Assembly (NCBI GenBank): GCA_038087875.1
Contig: CM075991.1
Location: 11,658,001 to 11,722,000, forward strand
From: Malacoraja senta
Taxonomy: Eukaryota
Direction: 5' to 3'
DNA: 64,000 nt
The notes below the pieces were generated by a model, which made no database searches, was not told where the DNA came from, and saw nothing but the letters and a program-made list of their open reading frames with translations. Positions 1-16,079 of this stretch are shown one piece after another. Numbering within the stretch: the first letter of the stretch is position 1; each line of letters opens with the position of its first letter. The position numbers and the translations under genes were made by a program.

Positions 1-778
1 TGAGTCCAGGGGGGGGAGGGGGAGAGGGAGGGGAGAGGGAGGGGGAGGGGGAGAGGAAGGGGGAGGTGGGAGGGGGAGGGGGAGGGGAGAGATGGAGAGA
101 AGAGAGAGGAAGATAAGCAGAGATAGGAAGGGGAGGGGGAGGGGGAGGGGGAGGGGGAGGGGAGGGGGTGGGAGAACCAGAGGCCGGGATTCAGAGAGGG
201 AGGGGTGAGGGGGGAGGGAGTGCGGGAATGAGGGACCAAGAAATGGTGAGTGCAAGGGGAGAGGGAGATGGGAGAGAGGAACATGGGGAGAGACATAGGG
301 AGAGTTAGAACTCATGGTCCATTCTCACTCCATGACCCCCCCCCCCCCTCCCACCCAACCCCCTCCCCGGTCCACCCTTCCCCCACCCTCCCTTCTCCCA
401 CAATTCACCCTCACCCCCTCTCCATCCCTCTCCCCTAACCCAAGTAAAACAAAACTGAACCAAAACAATGGTGAACCCACTTCTTCCCCGCTGTTATCAG
501 GCTTCTGGACGGTCCTTCCATAAGCTGGGGTACTGTCCTATTCACTTCTACCCCATTGCGGACATTGGACATTGTCTGTGGGACTGATGTGCTACAACGC
601 TGAGAACTATATTCTGCACTGTGTATCTTCCCCTTTGCTCTTCCTGTTGAACTGGAGTTTGACTGGATTGTGTTAATGTGTGGTCTGTCTGATCTGTTTG
701 GACAGCGTGTATAGCAAAGCTTTTCCTGTACCTCGGTACACGTGACGGTAATAAACCTGGTGAGGGTCTGAGCATATC

Positions 779-1055
779 AGTGTCGTGTGTCACGCGTGTC
801 GTATGTCACCCGTGTCATATGTCACCGTGTCGTATGTCACCCGTGTCGTATGTCACCCATGTCGTATGTCACCAGTGTCATATGTCATGCATGTCGTATG
901 TCACCGGTGTCATATGTCCACCCGTGTCGTATGTCACCGTGTCGTATGTCACCAGTGTCATATGTCATGCATGTCGTATGTCACCCGTGTCGTATGTCAC
1001 CCGTGTCGTATGTCACCCGTGTCGTATGTCACCCTTGTCATATGTCACCCATGTT
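779..1055. repeat. ~17-bp minisatellite (GTGTCRTATGTCACCC-type)
   Basis: About 16 imperfect tandem copies. Confidence 0.9.
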
Positions 1056-1085
1056 CTCCGTCACGCTAGTCACGCCACCACTCAC

Positions 1086-1179
1086 CGGTCGGGAGGCGAT
1101 GGGCATGCCAGCTTCATCCGTGGGCCCAGCCCCGTCATATTTCACCCGATCCTCTCCAGTGTGGACGTCTTTGCCTTGC
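1086..1179 (-). CDS. SORBS3: SORBS3 (vinexin) coding exon containing the start of the SoHo domain
   Basis: Translates (R)QGKDVHTGEDRVKYDGAGPTDEAGMPIASRP, matching vinexin VKYEGIGPVDESGMPIAPRS. Donor CCG|gtgagt at 1086. The acceptor is uncertain (1179 or 1227, both phase 2). Lies downstream of PPP3CC on the same strand, as in mammals. Confidence 0.8.
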
Positions 1180-1541
1180 CTACGGCCCCGGTGGCCAGAC
1201 CCATGAGGGGCGAGTGGGGTGGGGTCCCTAGACCTCAATCATCAATAAATCAATAAATCAAAGACTTTATTGTCATTCAAAAAGACACCAACAAATGCAG
1301 TCTGAACGAAATGTCGTTGCATCTGGCTCACCGTGCAGATAAAATAACAAAAGGATATAATAGATAAAAAAGATAAATAGATAATGGTGGCACCACATTA
1401 GATGGAATTCAAGTCTGGTGGCTCGGGGAAGAAGCTGTTGCAAAACCTGGCCGTTCTGCACCTTATACAACGGAGCCCGGCATCAACAGAATTCCCTCCG
1501 CACCCCCTCCCCAAACATCTCCGCACCGTCTAGAGGGAGCT

Positions 1542-1577
<36 letters not shown>

Positions 1578-2537
1578 AAACCCCCCTCAGCTCACAGCCC
1601 CAACCCACACAAGGATATGTGTCGGGGGTTACGAGGGAGAAGGCAGGAGAATGGGGTGGACAGGAAAGATAGATCAGCCATGACTCGATGGGCCCGAATG
1701 GCCTAATTCTGCTCTTATCACTTGTGAACATTGGAGTAGCGGTAGGCCACTCAGGCCCCTCTATGCTGCCCCACCATTCTGGGTCTGACACTGAGATAGG
1801 AAGGGTAAGGTGTGAGACCAAGACATCAAAGGAGATGCAGGTCCAGGCAATGCAGAGTAGATCACTGCCAGCTGGGAGAAGCTGACAACAAAGCGGACAG
1901 AGATAAAGTTTAATCAGGGGTCAGTCAGACTGGTCGGAGAACTGGGAATGGGGTGGGTTGGAGAAGGAGGGAAAGCAAGGGTTACGAAGTTAGAGAAGTC
2001 CATGTTCATACAGGCAGGTTCCCCTTTGCCCGTGTTTGGCCCACATTCCTCTGAACCGTTCCTATCCATGTATCGGTCCAAACCAGAACTAGGGGCCACA
2101 CACAGTTTAAGAATAAGGAGTAAGCCATTTAGAACGGAGACGAGGAAACACTTTTCTCACAGAGAGTGGCGAGTCTGTGGAATTCTCTGCCTCAGAGGGC
2201 GGTGGAGGCAGGTTCTCTGGATGCTTTCAAGAGAGAGCTAGATAGGGCTCTTAAAAATAGCGGAGTCAGGGGATATGGGGAGAAGGCAGGACGGGGTACT
2301 GATTGGGGATGATCAGCCATGATCACATTGAATGGCGGTGCTGGCTCGAAGGGCCAAATGGCCTACTCCTGCACCTATTGTCTATTGTCTATTGTCTATT
2401 GTCAAACCAAAGCTGGCACCAATCGGTTGATCAGATCGCAAGGACCCATCCAATCCACCATTTCCATCCGGCCCCCAAGATTCAATGGTCTTGGCCTTGA
2501 ATCACCAACTTGAACGGCAGTGTGTTGGCAAGCTGTC

Positions 2538-2872
2538 ATATATCGCTTGGGCAGCTTACAGCCCAGTGGTGTGAATATCGATCTCTCTCACTTCAGGTAG
2601 CCCTCTCTCTCTATCCTCCCCCACCCAAGTCGCGCCAGCTTCTCGTTCTCACACAACAAACAGCCAAGATGGCCAGTTCCCTTTCTCATCGTAACTTTTT
2701 CGCATATCTCTCATTTGTTGTTCTTTATCTCTCCACATCACCGTCTGTATCCCTCGTTTCCCTTATCCCTACCCGGTCTGAAGAAGGGTCTCGAGCCGAA
2801 ACGTCACCCGTTCCTTCTCTCCAGAGATGCTGCCTGTCCCGCTGAGTTACTCCACCATCTTGTGTCTGTCTT
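2538..2872 (+). mobile_element. Penelope-like element 3' end: GIY-YIG C-terminus, 3' UTR and hammerhead-like motif (2778-2805)
   Basis: IYRLGSLQPSGVNIDLSHFR* (2538-2600) resembles the PLE endonuclease C-terminus. It is followed by CTGAAGAAGGGTCTCGAGCCGAAACGTC. Confidence 0.7.
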
Positions 2873-2942
2873 CAGTGGCGCGTTGGCAGCTGATCAACAC
2901 CGAGTGACCCCAGTCCATCCCTAACCTTGACCAAACCCTCAC

Positions 2943-3022
2943 CTACCTGCGGACACTCCATCCCTGACACACGAGGAGGGCTCGCTCCTTCCCTCTCCTC
3001 CAACTCCATTGGTCTCTGGCAC
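2943..3022 (-). CDS. SORBS3: Probable SORBS3 coding exon (VPETNGVGGEGRSEPSSCVRDGVSAG-R)
   Basis: Long polypyrimidine tract plus cag acceptor; donor TAG|gtgagg. 80 nt, phase 0 to 2, linking the 5650 and 1179 exons in frame. VP..NG resembles vinexin VPVIRNGG. Confidence 0.6.
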
Positions 3023-3039
3023 CTGAGGGGAGACCGGAG

Positions 3040-3670
3040 GGGGAGGGAGGGGTGAGGGGGGGGGTGGGGTTGGAGGGGGCGGAGAAAAAGGGGGAAGAGT
3101 GGAGGAGGTAGAAGTCACACGGGACGGAGAGGGAGAAAGAGAGGAAGGACAGAGAGAGAGAGGAGAGGGAGAAAGAGAGAGGGGAGAGAGGGAGGAGGGA
3201 AGGAGAGGGAGAAAGAGGGAAGGAGAGAGAGAAAGAGAGGAGAGGGAGAGAGGGAGAGGAGGGAAGGAGGGAGAGAGAGAAGGAGAGGGAGAAAGAGAGA
3301 GGGAGATAGAGAGGAGGGAAGGAGAGAGAGAGAGGAGGGAAGGAGAGAGAAATAAGGAGAGGGAGAGAGAGAGGAGAGAGAGGGAAGTAGAGGGAGAAAG
3401 AGGGAAGGAGAGGGAGAGCGAAAGGGGATGGAAGGAGAGAGAGATTGGAGGGAAGGAAGAATTAGCAAAAAAAAGGGAGTAAGAGGGGGAGGAAAACGGA
3501 GGGATAGGAAGAGAAAGTGGAGGGTAGGTGGAGAGTGAGTGAGAACAGGGAGGGGGAGATAGTGGGCCAGATTGAGACAAAGATTGAACAGGGAGAGTGG
3601 GAGTGACAGGCGGAGGTGGAGAGGTGCGGAGAGACCAACAAGGAAAGGGAAAAAATGAAGGGGAGAAATT
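3040..3670. repeat. GA-rich polypurine tract
   Basis: Nearly pure G/A low complexity. Confidence 0.9.
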
Positions 3671-3714
3671 GTCAATGTAGTGACAGACAGCGAGCCACCA
3701 GCACTAGACATCGT

Positions 3715-3798
3715 CACAGACCCAGACACAGACACAGACACAGACTCAGACACAGACACAGGCACAGACTCAGACACAGACACAGACACAGACACAGA

Positions 3799-3833
<35 letters not shown>

Positions 3834-4181
3834 ACACAGACACAGACACAGACACAGGCACAGGCACAGACACAGGCACAGACACAGACACAGACAGACA
3901 CAGACACAGGCACAGGCACAGGCACAGACACAGACACAGACACAGACACAGACACAGACACAGGCACAGACACAGACACAGGCACAGACACATACACAGA
4001 CACAGGCACAGACACATACACAGACACATCACAGACACAGACACAGGCACAAACACAGGCACAGACACAGACACAGGCACAGACACAGACAGACCCAGAC
4101 ACAGATCCAGACTAGACGCAGACCCAGACCCAGACACAGGCACAGACACAGACACAGACCCAGGCACAGACCCAGACACAG
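3715..4181. repeat. (GACACA/GGCACA)n hexamer microsatellite
   Basis: Tandem hexamers. Confidence 0.95.
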
Positions 4182-4184
4182 CCC

Positions 4185-6170
4185 CATGAACAGTCATCAT
4201 CAGAGGGTCACACAGCGTGAAAACAGGCCCTTCGGCCCAACTTGCCCGTGGCGACCCACATGCCCCATTTACACCAGTCCCACCTGCCCGCGTTTGGCCC
4301 ATATCCCTCTAAACCTGTCCTATCCATGTACCTGTCAAAATGTCATTAAAATGCTGTTATAGTCCCTGCCTCAACTACCTCCTCTGGCAGCTCGTTCCAT
4401 ACACCCACCACCCTGTGTGTGAGAAAGTTGCTCTTCAGCTTCTGTTAAATCTTACCCCTCTCAGCTTAAAACTATGTCCTCTGGTTTTGATACCCCTGCT
4501 CTGGGCAAAGGGCTGGTGGCTTCACCATATTTATTCCCTTCATGATCTTGTACACCTCCATGAGGCCACCCCTCATCCTCCTTGACTCAAGGGATAGAAT
4601 CCTAGCCTGCCCGACCCCTCCCTGTAGCTCAGGCCTTATATCTTAACGACACCCTCGTAAATCTTACCATCTCAATGACATAGAAACATAGAAAATAGGT
4701 GCAGGAGTAGGCCATTCGCCCTTCGAGCCAGCACCACCATTCAATATGATCATGGCTGATCATCCCCAATCAGTACCCCGTTCCTGCTTTTCCCCCATAT
4801 CCCTTGATTCCGTTAGCCCTAAGAGCTAAATCTAACTCTCTCTTGAAAACATCCAGTGAATTGGCCTCCACTGCCTTCTGTGGCAGATAATTCCACAGAT
4901 TCACAACTCTCTGGTAAAAAAGTTTTTCCTCATCTCAGTCCTAAATGCTTACCCCATATTCTTCAACTGTGACCCCTGGTTCTGGATTCCCTCAAATTGG
5001 GGAACATTTTTCCTGCATCTAGCCTGTCCAATCCCTTAAGAATTTTATATGTTTCTATAAGATCCTTTCTCATCCTTCTAAATTCCAGTGAATACATGCC
5101 CGGTCGACCCAGTTTAAGAATAAGGAGTAAAGCCATTTAGAACGGAGATGAGGAAAAACGTTTTCACACAGAGTTGTGAATCTGTGGAATTCTCTGCCTC
5201 AGAAGGCAGTGGAGGCCAATTCTCCGGATGCTTTCAAGAGAGAGCTAGATAGAGCTCTTAAAGATAGCGGAGTCAGAGGATATGGGGAGAAGGCAGGAAC
5301 GGGGTACTGATTGGGATGATCAGCCATGATCACATTGAATGGCGGTGCTGGCTCGAAGGGCCGAATGGCCTACTCCTGCACCTATTGTCTATTGTCTATT
5401 CTTTCATCTTTACAATAAATAATTCTTAGTGTTGAGATTCCCCTCATGTATTTGTCCACCTCTATAAGATCACCTCTCATCCTCCTGCACTCCATGGGAT
5501 AGTCCTAGCCTGCCCGACCTCTCCCTGTAGCTCAGGGCCTGTAGTCGTGACCATAGAGCGTGTTCATGGACCTGTCCCTGGCTACTGAGCACTGGCACGC
5601 AGGGACAGAGTCCTTCCTCTGGCATCGTGCCCAGTGCCTGGCTACCTACCTGCAGACGTCCTGGCAGGTGGCTACTGCTGGAGCCAGTGGCCACTGGGAT
5701 CTCCCTGGTCATCTCTGGCCAAGGCAGCCCCAGCGTGGGTGGGAGAGACCACCGTCTCATGATCCCGCCGTGGAGAAACTCGCTTCCGGAAGATTCCTTT
5801 GGTTTGCTGTGCCAGATGGACACTCGTGTGCTTGGAAATCAGGAATATGGGAGCCTCCTGCGAACAGATTTAGTTTTATTTGGAGATGCAGCGCGGAAAC
5901 AGGCCCTTCGGCCCACCGAGTCTGTGGAATTCTCTGCCTCAGAGGGCGGTGGAGGCTGGTTCTCTGGATGCTTTCAAGAGAGAGCTAGATAGGGCTCTTA
6001 AAAATAGCGGAGTCAGGGGATATGGGGAGAAGGCAGGAACGGGGTACTGATTGGGGATGATCAGCCATGATCACATTGAATGGTGGTGCTGGCTCGAAGG
6101 GCCAAATGGCTACTCCTGCACCTATTGTCTATTGTCTATTGTCTATTGTCTATTGTCTATTGTCTATTGT
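4185..6170. mobile_element. Cluster of CR1/HER1-like LINE 3' fragments in both orientations, flanking the SORBS3 exon at 5650-5857
   Basis: Recurrent RVVNLWNSLP-coding segment, GATCAGCCATGATC..GGGCCGAATGGCCTACTCCTGC tail and (CTATTGT)n. Confidence 0.8.
5650..5760 (-). CDS. SORBS3: Probable first coding segment of SORBS3 (MRRWSLPP...HLPGRLQ); exon acceptor near 5857
   Basis: ATG at 5760 with A at -3 and an upstream in-frame stop. Donor CAG|gtaggt, phase 0. Acceptor ttcgcag at 5858. Unique sequence between repeats; weak similarity to the vinexin-alpha N-terminus. Confidence 0.5.
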
Positions 6171-6236
6171 CCATGCCGACCAGCGATCACTCGTACACTA
6201 GTTTAGAGATTTAATTTAGAATAGATTATTTTGTTT

Positions 6237-6524
6237 TAGAGAGACAGCGTTGAAACAGACCCTTCGGCCCACCGAGTCCTGCCGACCAGCGATCACCCCT
6301 ACACGAGCACTATCCTCCACACTTGGGAGAATTTACAGAAGCCAATTAACCCACAAACCCGCAGGTCTTTGGGATGTGGATGGGAACCGGAGCGCCCGGA
6401 GTAAACCCAGGCGGTCACGGGGGAGAACATGCAAACTCCACACAGACGGAGCTCGTGGTCGGGATTGAACCCGGGTCTCTGGCGCTGTGAGGCAGCAGCT
6501 CTACCCGCTGCGCCACCGTGCCGT
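6237..6524 (-). mobile_element. HE1-like tRNA-derived V-SINE
   Basis: Head with A-box GGTGGCGCAGCGG and B-box GGTTCAATCC, V-domain TTTGCATGTTCTCCCCGTG, CR1-like tail GGGCCGAAGGG.CTGTTTC. Confidence 0.8.
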
Positions 6525-6810
6525 ACAAATGTAGAGTTAGGGGTGATACAGAGTAGGGGGACGGGACCCCAAGCCGTGAGTGTTTGCCCACCTGTGCGTG
6601 CATGGTGTCCACCCCGCTCCTCTGTGCGGCTCCTTTCCCATACACGGTCCACGGCCGCACTGCAGGGCTGTTAGACAGGGTGTAGTGGTCAGGACAAATG
6701 CAGACAGAGACATCTCCCCAACCCCCCCCCTTCACTCCACCCCCAAAGTCAACCATCCCACCCACCCCATCATCCCAGCATCCATCACACCCGCCTCCCC
6801 CCAACGTCTA

Positions 6811-9530
<2,720 letters not shown>

Positions 9531-10127
9531 CCCATTCCTTCTCTCCAGAGATGCTGTCTGTCCCACTGAGTTACTCCAGCACTCTGTGTTTATCTCCAGT
9601 GTAAACCAGCATCTGCAGTTCCTTCACACACAGAGTGTGTTTTTATCCTGACCATGAAAGTTCACAATGAAGGTTCAGACGCAGGGTAGTAATTGTGTTA
9701 CTGACTGACCGAGCATGCCAATTATTACGGAAATCGGTCCGAATCAAGTTACTGATTCAGTTTAATCATTAATCTTCCTCCAGCTTTTTTCCATAGAGGG
9801 ACATTTTTCGCCGTGGTGACAAACGTGGCTGGCGGGGGAATAGTGCGGTGGCGTTTAACAGGGTGGAAGCGAGAGGAGTGTGCGGCCCATCAGTCTATTC
9901 CGCCACTCAATCACGGCTGGGTTATCTCCCCCTCCTAACCCCAGTCTCCTGCCTTCTCCCCATAACCCCTGACAACCGCACTAATCATAAATCTATCTAT
10001 CTCTGCCTTAAAAATATCCACTGACGGCCTTCTGTGGCAAAGAATTCCACAGATTCACCACCCTCTGACTAAACAAATTCCTCCTCATCTCCATCAGCCG
10101 AGGTCCTCCCTCATTCTTCTAAACTCC

Positions 10128-11075
10128 TGGGATGTCAGGACTTTCATATGAAGAAAGACTGGATAGACTTGGCTTATACTCGCTAGAATTTAGGAGATTG
10201 AGAGGGGATCTTATAGAAACGTACAAAATTCTTATGGGGTTGGACAGGCTAGATGCAGGAAGATTGTTCCCGATGTTGGGGAAGTCCAGGACAAGGGGTC
10301 ACAGCTTAAGGATAAGGGGGAAATCCTTTAAGACCGAGATGAGGAAAAACTTATTCACACAGAGAGTGGTGAATCTGTGGAACTCTCTGCCACAGAGGGT
10401 AGTTGAGGCCAGTTCATTGGCTATATTTAAGAGGGAGTTAGATGTGGCCCTTGTAGCTAAAGGGATCAGGGGGTATGGAGAGAAGGCAGGTACAGGATAC
10501 TGAGTTGGATGATCAGCCATGATCATATTGAATGGCGGTGCAGGCTCGATGGGCCGAATGGCCTACTCCTGCACCTATTTTCTATTTATCTATGTATCAT
10601 AGGTTAACCCACTCATTCCTGGAATCATTCTTGTAAACCTCCTCTTGACCCTCTCCAGAGCCAGCACATCCTTCCTCAGATATGGGGCCGAAAGTTGCTC
10701 ACAATATTCCAAATGCGGACTGACCAACGCCTTATAGAGCCTCAGCATTACATCCCTGTTTTTGTATTCTAGCCCTCTTGAAATAAATGCTGGCATTGAG
10801 TTGGCTTTCTTTACTACCGATTCGACTTGCAGATTAACTTTTTGGGGAGTCCTGCACCAGCTCCCAAGTCCATTTGCATCTCCGATGTCTGGATTCTCTC
10901 CCCATTTAGAAAATAGTCTGCGCCTTTATTCCTACGACTAAAATGCAGGACTCCACACTTTGCTCCACTATATTCCATCTGCCACTTCTCTGCCCACTCT
11001 CTCAACCTGTCCAAGTCCTTCTGCAGAGTCCCTGCTTTCTCTACACTACCTGCCCTTCCACCTATTTTCGTATCT
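10128..11075. mobile_element. CR1/HER1-like LINE ORF2 fragments (+ 10128-10595; - 10600-11075)
   Basis: LSYEERLDRLGLYSLEFRRLRGDLIETYKI...; LYKALVSPHLEYC; LQKDLDRLREWAEKWQM. Confidence 0.85.
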
Positions 11076-11323
11076 TGGGACTGGACCAAGACGATTGAAG
11101 GGCCTGTTTCCGCGCTGTATCTCTAAACTAAACTAAACTAAACTAAACTAAGGTGCGGCACCTCATCAAAGGCCTTGTGAAAATCCAAGTAAACAACATT
11201 CACTGACGCTGAAAGATAGACACAAAATACTGGAGTAACTCGGCGGGTCAGGCAGTATCTCTGGAGAAAATGGAGGTGGCATTTTGGATTTGGATCAGAA
11301 CCAATGTTCTCCAGAGATGCTGC

Positions 11324-11561
11324 CGCACATTAACACTATCCTACACACACTAGGGACAATTTACACTTATACCAAGCCAATTAACCTACAAACCTGCACG
11401 TCTTTGGAGTGTGGAAGGAAACCGAAGATCTCGGAGAAAAAACCCACGCAGGTCACGGGGAGAAGGTACAAACTCCCGTACAGACAGCACCCGCAGTCGG
11501 GATCGAACCCGGGTCTCTGGCGCTGTGAGGCAGCAACTCTACCGCTGCACCACCGTGCCGC
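11324..11561 (-). mobile_element. HE1-like V-SINE
   Basis: Same head and V-domain as the 6237 copy. Confidence 0.8.
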
Positions 11562-11791
11562 CCTTTGCTTGTGTGGTGTTGTATATGACGGGGTTAATTG
11601 CGAGCTGTGCAGGGTGGTCCCTGGGCAAGGGGACTGTCTGACTCACTCTGCCCGCTCATTATTGCGTTCTGCTTCCAAAGATCGGCTCCTCTCTCAGCCC
11701 CTGTCATTCCCATTGGCAGCATCCGGGAATTGTGTACAGTTTTCCAAAAGGCCAGGATTAGTCATGCTTTTCCATAACACTGCGCCAAACT

Positions 11792-11833
<42 letters not shown>

Positions 11834-12661
11834 CCCCATTGCTGGGAGACTTCTCTTTCTTGGAGAATAATTCTGGGACGCTGAGTGGGGGAGGTCTATC
11901 GCCCTTCCACTGACTCAAGGCCAGCAGCATCATCAAGGACCAGTCGCCCCCACCCCCGTCCACTCCCTCTTCTCCCCTCTACCATCGGGCAAAAGGTGTA
12001 GAAGTGTGAAAACGCACACACCTCCAGATTCAGAGACAGTTTCTTCCCGGCTGTTATCAGGCAACTGAACCATCCTCATTAGTACCATTTAAACCATGGT
12101 TACTTTGTGTATAGACCCTGAAAGAGTGCAGAGAAGGCTTATATTCCTGAGCTACAGGGAGAGGTTGAGTAGGCTGGGATTCTATTCCTTGGAGCATAGG
12201 AGGATGAGGGGTGATCTTATAGAGGTGTATAAAATCATGAGAGGAATAGATCGGGTAGACGCACAGAATCTCTTGCCCAGAGTAGGGGAATTGAGGACCA
12301 GAGGACAACAGACAATAGGTGCAGGAGTAGGCCATTCGGCCCTTCGAGCCAGCACCGCCATTCAATGTGATCATGGCTGATCATCCCCAACCAGTACCCC
12401 GTTCCTGCCTTCTCCCCATATCCCCTGACTCCGCTATCTTTAAGAGCCCTATCTAGCTCTCTCTTGAAAGTATCCAGAGAACCGGCCTCCACCGCCCTCT
12501 GAGGCAGAGAATTCCACAGACATAGGTTCAAGGTGAAGGGGAAAAGATTTAATAGGAATCTGAGGGGTAACTTTTCCACACAAAGGGCGGTGGGTGTATG
12601 AAACAAGCTGCCAGATGAGGTAGTTGAGGCTGGGACTATCCCAACATTTAAGAAACAGTTA

Positions 12662-12792
12662 TTTATGAAGGAACGGCAGATGCTGGAAAATCGAAGGTAG
12701 ACAAAAGTGCTGGAGAAACTCAGCGGGTGCAGCAGCATCTATGGAGCGAAGGAAATGGGCAACGTTTTGGGCCGAAACCCTTCTTCAGACTG
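12662..12792 (-). mobile_element. Short PLE-derived insertion in a CR1 fragment with 15-bp TSD
   Basis: TTTAAGAAACAGTTA at 12647-12661 and 12793-12807. Confidence 0.75.
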
Positions 12793-13485
12793 TTTAAGAA
12801 ACAGTTAGACAGGTAGATGGATAGGACAGGTTTGGAGGGATATGGACCAAATGCAGGCAGGTGGGACTAGTGTAGCTGGGACATGTTGGCCGGTATGGGC
12901 TAGTTGGGCCGAAGGGCCTGTTTCCACGCTGTATCACTCTATGAATCTGAGGATTAGGATTGTTCACTGTAAGTTAAGTTAAGTCAAGTCACTTTTATTT
13001 CTATAGCATATTAAAAAAAAAACTCTCGTTGGTCAAAGTGCGTTACATTGGTGGAGTTAAACTTTAGCCTGCACGGCTCCATGGGCCAGGATTAGGCTGC
13101 AGGTTGTCACTTCTCCTCGGCTGCTGCAGTTGTTGAGGGGTTAACCCTGTGGTCACAGGGAGTGGGACCTGTGTCCGCTCGCTCGCTGCCGAGCTGGAGT
13201 TTGGGGAATCAATGACTCACTCTCCCAGTTCCTGTTTCTGGCACAAAGTGAATCTCGGCTCTAAAAGTCACAGAGGATCGGCCCCTGCCGGCTGCGAATG
13301 GGTGTAGAGGGGAGTGTCCGAGCTCTCCCCACCCACACACACACTGACAGCCATTGCAGGAGGCTAAGGAAGAGAGCTGACGGACATCTGATAGTTATTG
13401 AATTCGCATCTTTGCTGACAAGGGCAAATTTCCCTCTCGACATCACCCTCTATATCTCTCGTTTCCCCCTCCCCTGACTCTCAGT

Positions 13486-13513
13486 CTGAAGAAGGGTCTC
13501 GACCCGAAACGTC
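13486..13513 (+). ncRNA. Minimal type-I hammerhead ribozyme-like core in a PLE repeat (representative; others at 2778, 15952, 24686, 29490, 42805 on + and 37515-37542, 45555-45582 on -)
   Basis: CUGAAGA-A-GGGU(CUCG)ACCC-GAAA-CG-UC; all invariant core nucleotides are present. Confidence 0.65.
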
Positions 13514-13685
13514 ACCCATTCCTTCTCTCCAGAGATGCTGCCTGACTGTCCCGCTGAGTTACTCCAGCACTTTGTGTCTATCTTCGGTTTAAACCAGCAT
13601 CTGCAGTTCCTTCCTCCACACTCTTTAAAGGGAGCAAGTGGCTCAGTATTTATACAACTCTAGAATCGCCACAGGTCACAGAGAC

Positions 13686-13975
13686 AGGTAGTGTGGTGGT
13701 ACACCTGCCTCACTGCTCGAGTGACCCGGGTTCAATCCCAGCTTCCGGTGCTGCCTGTGTGGAGTTTGCACGTTCTCCCTGTGACTGTCTGCGTTTTCCC
13801 TTGGCGCTTCGGTTTCATCCCACATCCCAACTGCTGCAAACCGCGCCAAGTCTGTGGAATCTTCGACAGGTTGATGGGAGTGGGGAGAATGGGATCAGTG
13901 TGGCACTGGTGTGAATGGGTGATAGTGGTTAGCAGCAGCTCAATGGGCCGAAGGGTCTCTTTTGTTGCTGTATCA
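13686..13975 (+). mobile_element. Diverged HE1-like V-SINE
   Basis: CCCGGGTTCAATCCC B-box; GGAGTTTGCACGTTCTCCC; tail GGGCCGAAGGG. Confidence 0.7.
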
Positions 13976-13989
13976 CATGTGCACATAAA

Positions 13990-14625
<636 letters not shown>

Positions 14626-14764
14626 GTCACAGCTTATTGACAGCAGAGGTTCCTGGACTCAGTGGACCGGCAGATCTGCCAAACACATTCCTTCGCAAAC
14701 CATCAGTGGAAAATATAAAAACATTTCCTTTGGGCCCCAAATCTTGGATAAAAGATTGACTTAC

Positions 14765-14940
14765 AGTGTTCCTGGCGAGGCGACAGTCAAGCTGTGCTGG
14801 AGAGTCACTGCTCGCTTCCCTCTTCTTCCCTCTGTCTCCTGCTCCCTCCAGCTGCCCGGCTCAAGTCCGCTGCTCAAGTTCAGCTCTTGACTGGATCTCC
14901 AGTCTGCCACTCATCAAGGTCACTTGGCGAGGGCGTGTGT
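14765..14940 (-). other. Candidate non-coding 5' exon of SORBS3
   Basis: Unique GC-richer sequence ending in donor ACT|gtaagtc at 14765, preceded by a CT-rich tract. The start coordinate is approximate. Confidence 0.3.
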
Positions 14941-15938
14941 GTGAAAGGCAGCGGGTGAGGGAGAGGGAGGGGGGGAGAGGGAGTGAGGAGGAGGCGGAGG
15001 GAGGGAGAGAGGGAGAGAGGGAAAGGGAGGGAGGGAGGGAGAGAGGGAGAGAGGGAGGGAGTGAGAGAGAGAGAGGAGAGGGAGAGGGAGAGAGGGAGGG
15101 AGTGGGTAGCACCCTCTGCAGCCACTGCACACTTGGTGGGAGAGAGAACACAGTGGCCCGTGGAGTTACTTGCACCGTTCTCTTGCAGCAGGCAGTGAGC
15201 TGGGCTTTAACTCACTCTGTGCCTCAGCTCACCGGCTGCTCCGTGAATCTCCCGCCTTCCTCACTCCCGGTCACTTCACGTTGACCCTCTCCCACGGGGC
15301 ACGAAGACCACCCACCGTAACCAGAGAACAGTCCAGAACCGCCTGAAGAAAGGGTCTCGACCCGAAACGTCACCTATTCCTTCTCTCCAGAGTCAAGTCA
15401 AGTCACTTTTATTTATACAGCACATTTAAAAAACAACTCTCGTTGGCCAAAGTGCTTTACGTTGGTGGATGGATTAACGTTCTCCAGAGATGCTGCCTGT
15501 CCCGCTGAGTTACTCCGGCACTTTGTGCCTGTCTTCGGTGTAAAGCAGCACCTGCAGTTCCTTCCTACACATTTTGTCTACTATCTACCTCACTGGTGAC
15601 CCTCGGACTATCCTTGATCGGACTTTGCTGGCTTTACCTTGCACTAAATGTTATTCCCTTATCATGTATCTGTACACTGTAAATGGCTCGATTGTAATCA
15701 TGTATTGTCTTTCCGCTGACACACTCATCTCACCCCTGTCATCAGGAAGGTACAGGAGCCTGAAATCTGTAACGTCCAGGTTCAGGAACAGCTTCTTCCC
15801 TACAGCCATCAGGCTATTAAACAAATGAGCTCTGAGCTCTGAAATGCAAAATACCATATTATTATTTGTTATTTGAACCATATTTGTTATTTATTGAACG
15901 TCTCTTTTTTTCTCTTCCCCCGTTATATACAATGTTTA

Positions 15939-16079
15939 AGGTGGACAAAGTCTGAAGAAGGGTTTCGGCCCGAAACGTTGCCTATTTCCTTTGCTCCATA
16001 GATGCTGCTGCACCCGCTGAGTTTCTCCAGCACTTTTGTCTACCTTCGATTTTCCAGCATCTGCAGATCCTTCTTGAAC
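15939..16079 (+). mobile_element. Short hammerhead-bearing PLE-derived insertion with 14-bp TSD
   Basis: ATATACAATGTTTA at 15925-15938 and 16080-16093. Confidence 0.75.

Noticed and set aside
3115..4362. HR/DT/VS-repeat ORFs of 170-395 aa
   Set aside because: Hexamer and GA microsatellite translations.
6440..6524. tRNA-like A/B boxes
   Set aside because: SINE heads; no cloverleaf, and they continue into the V-domain.
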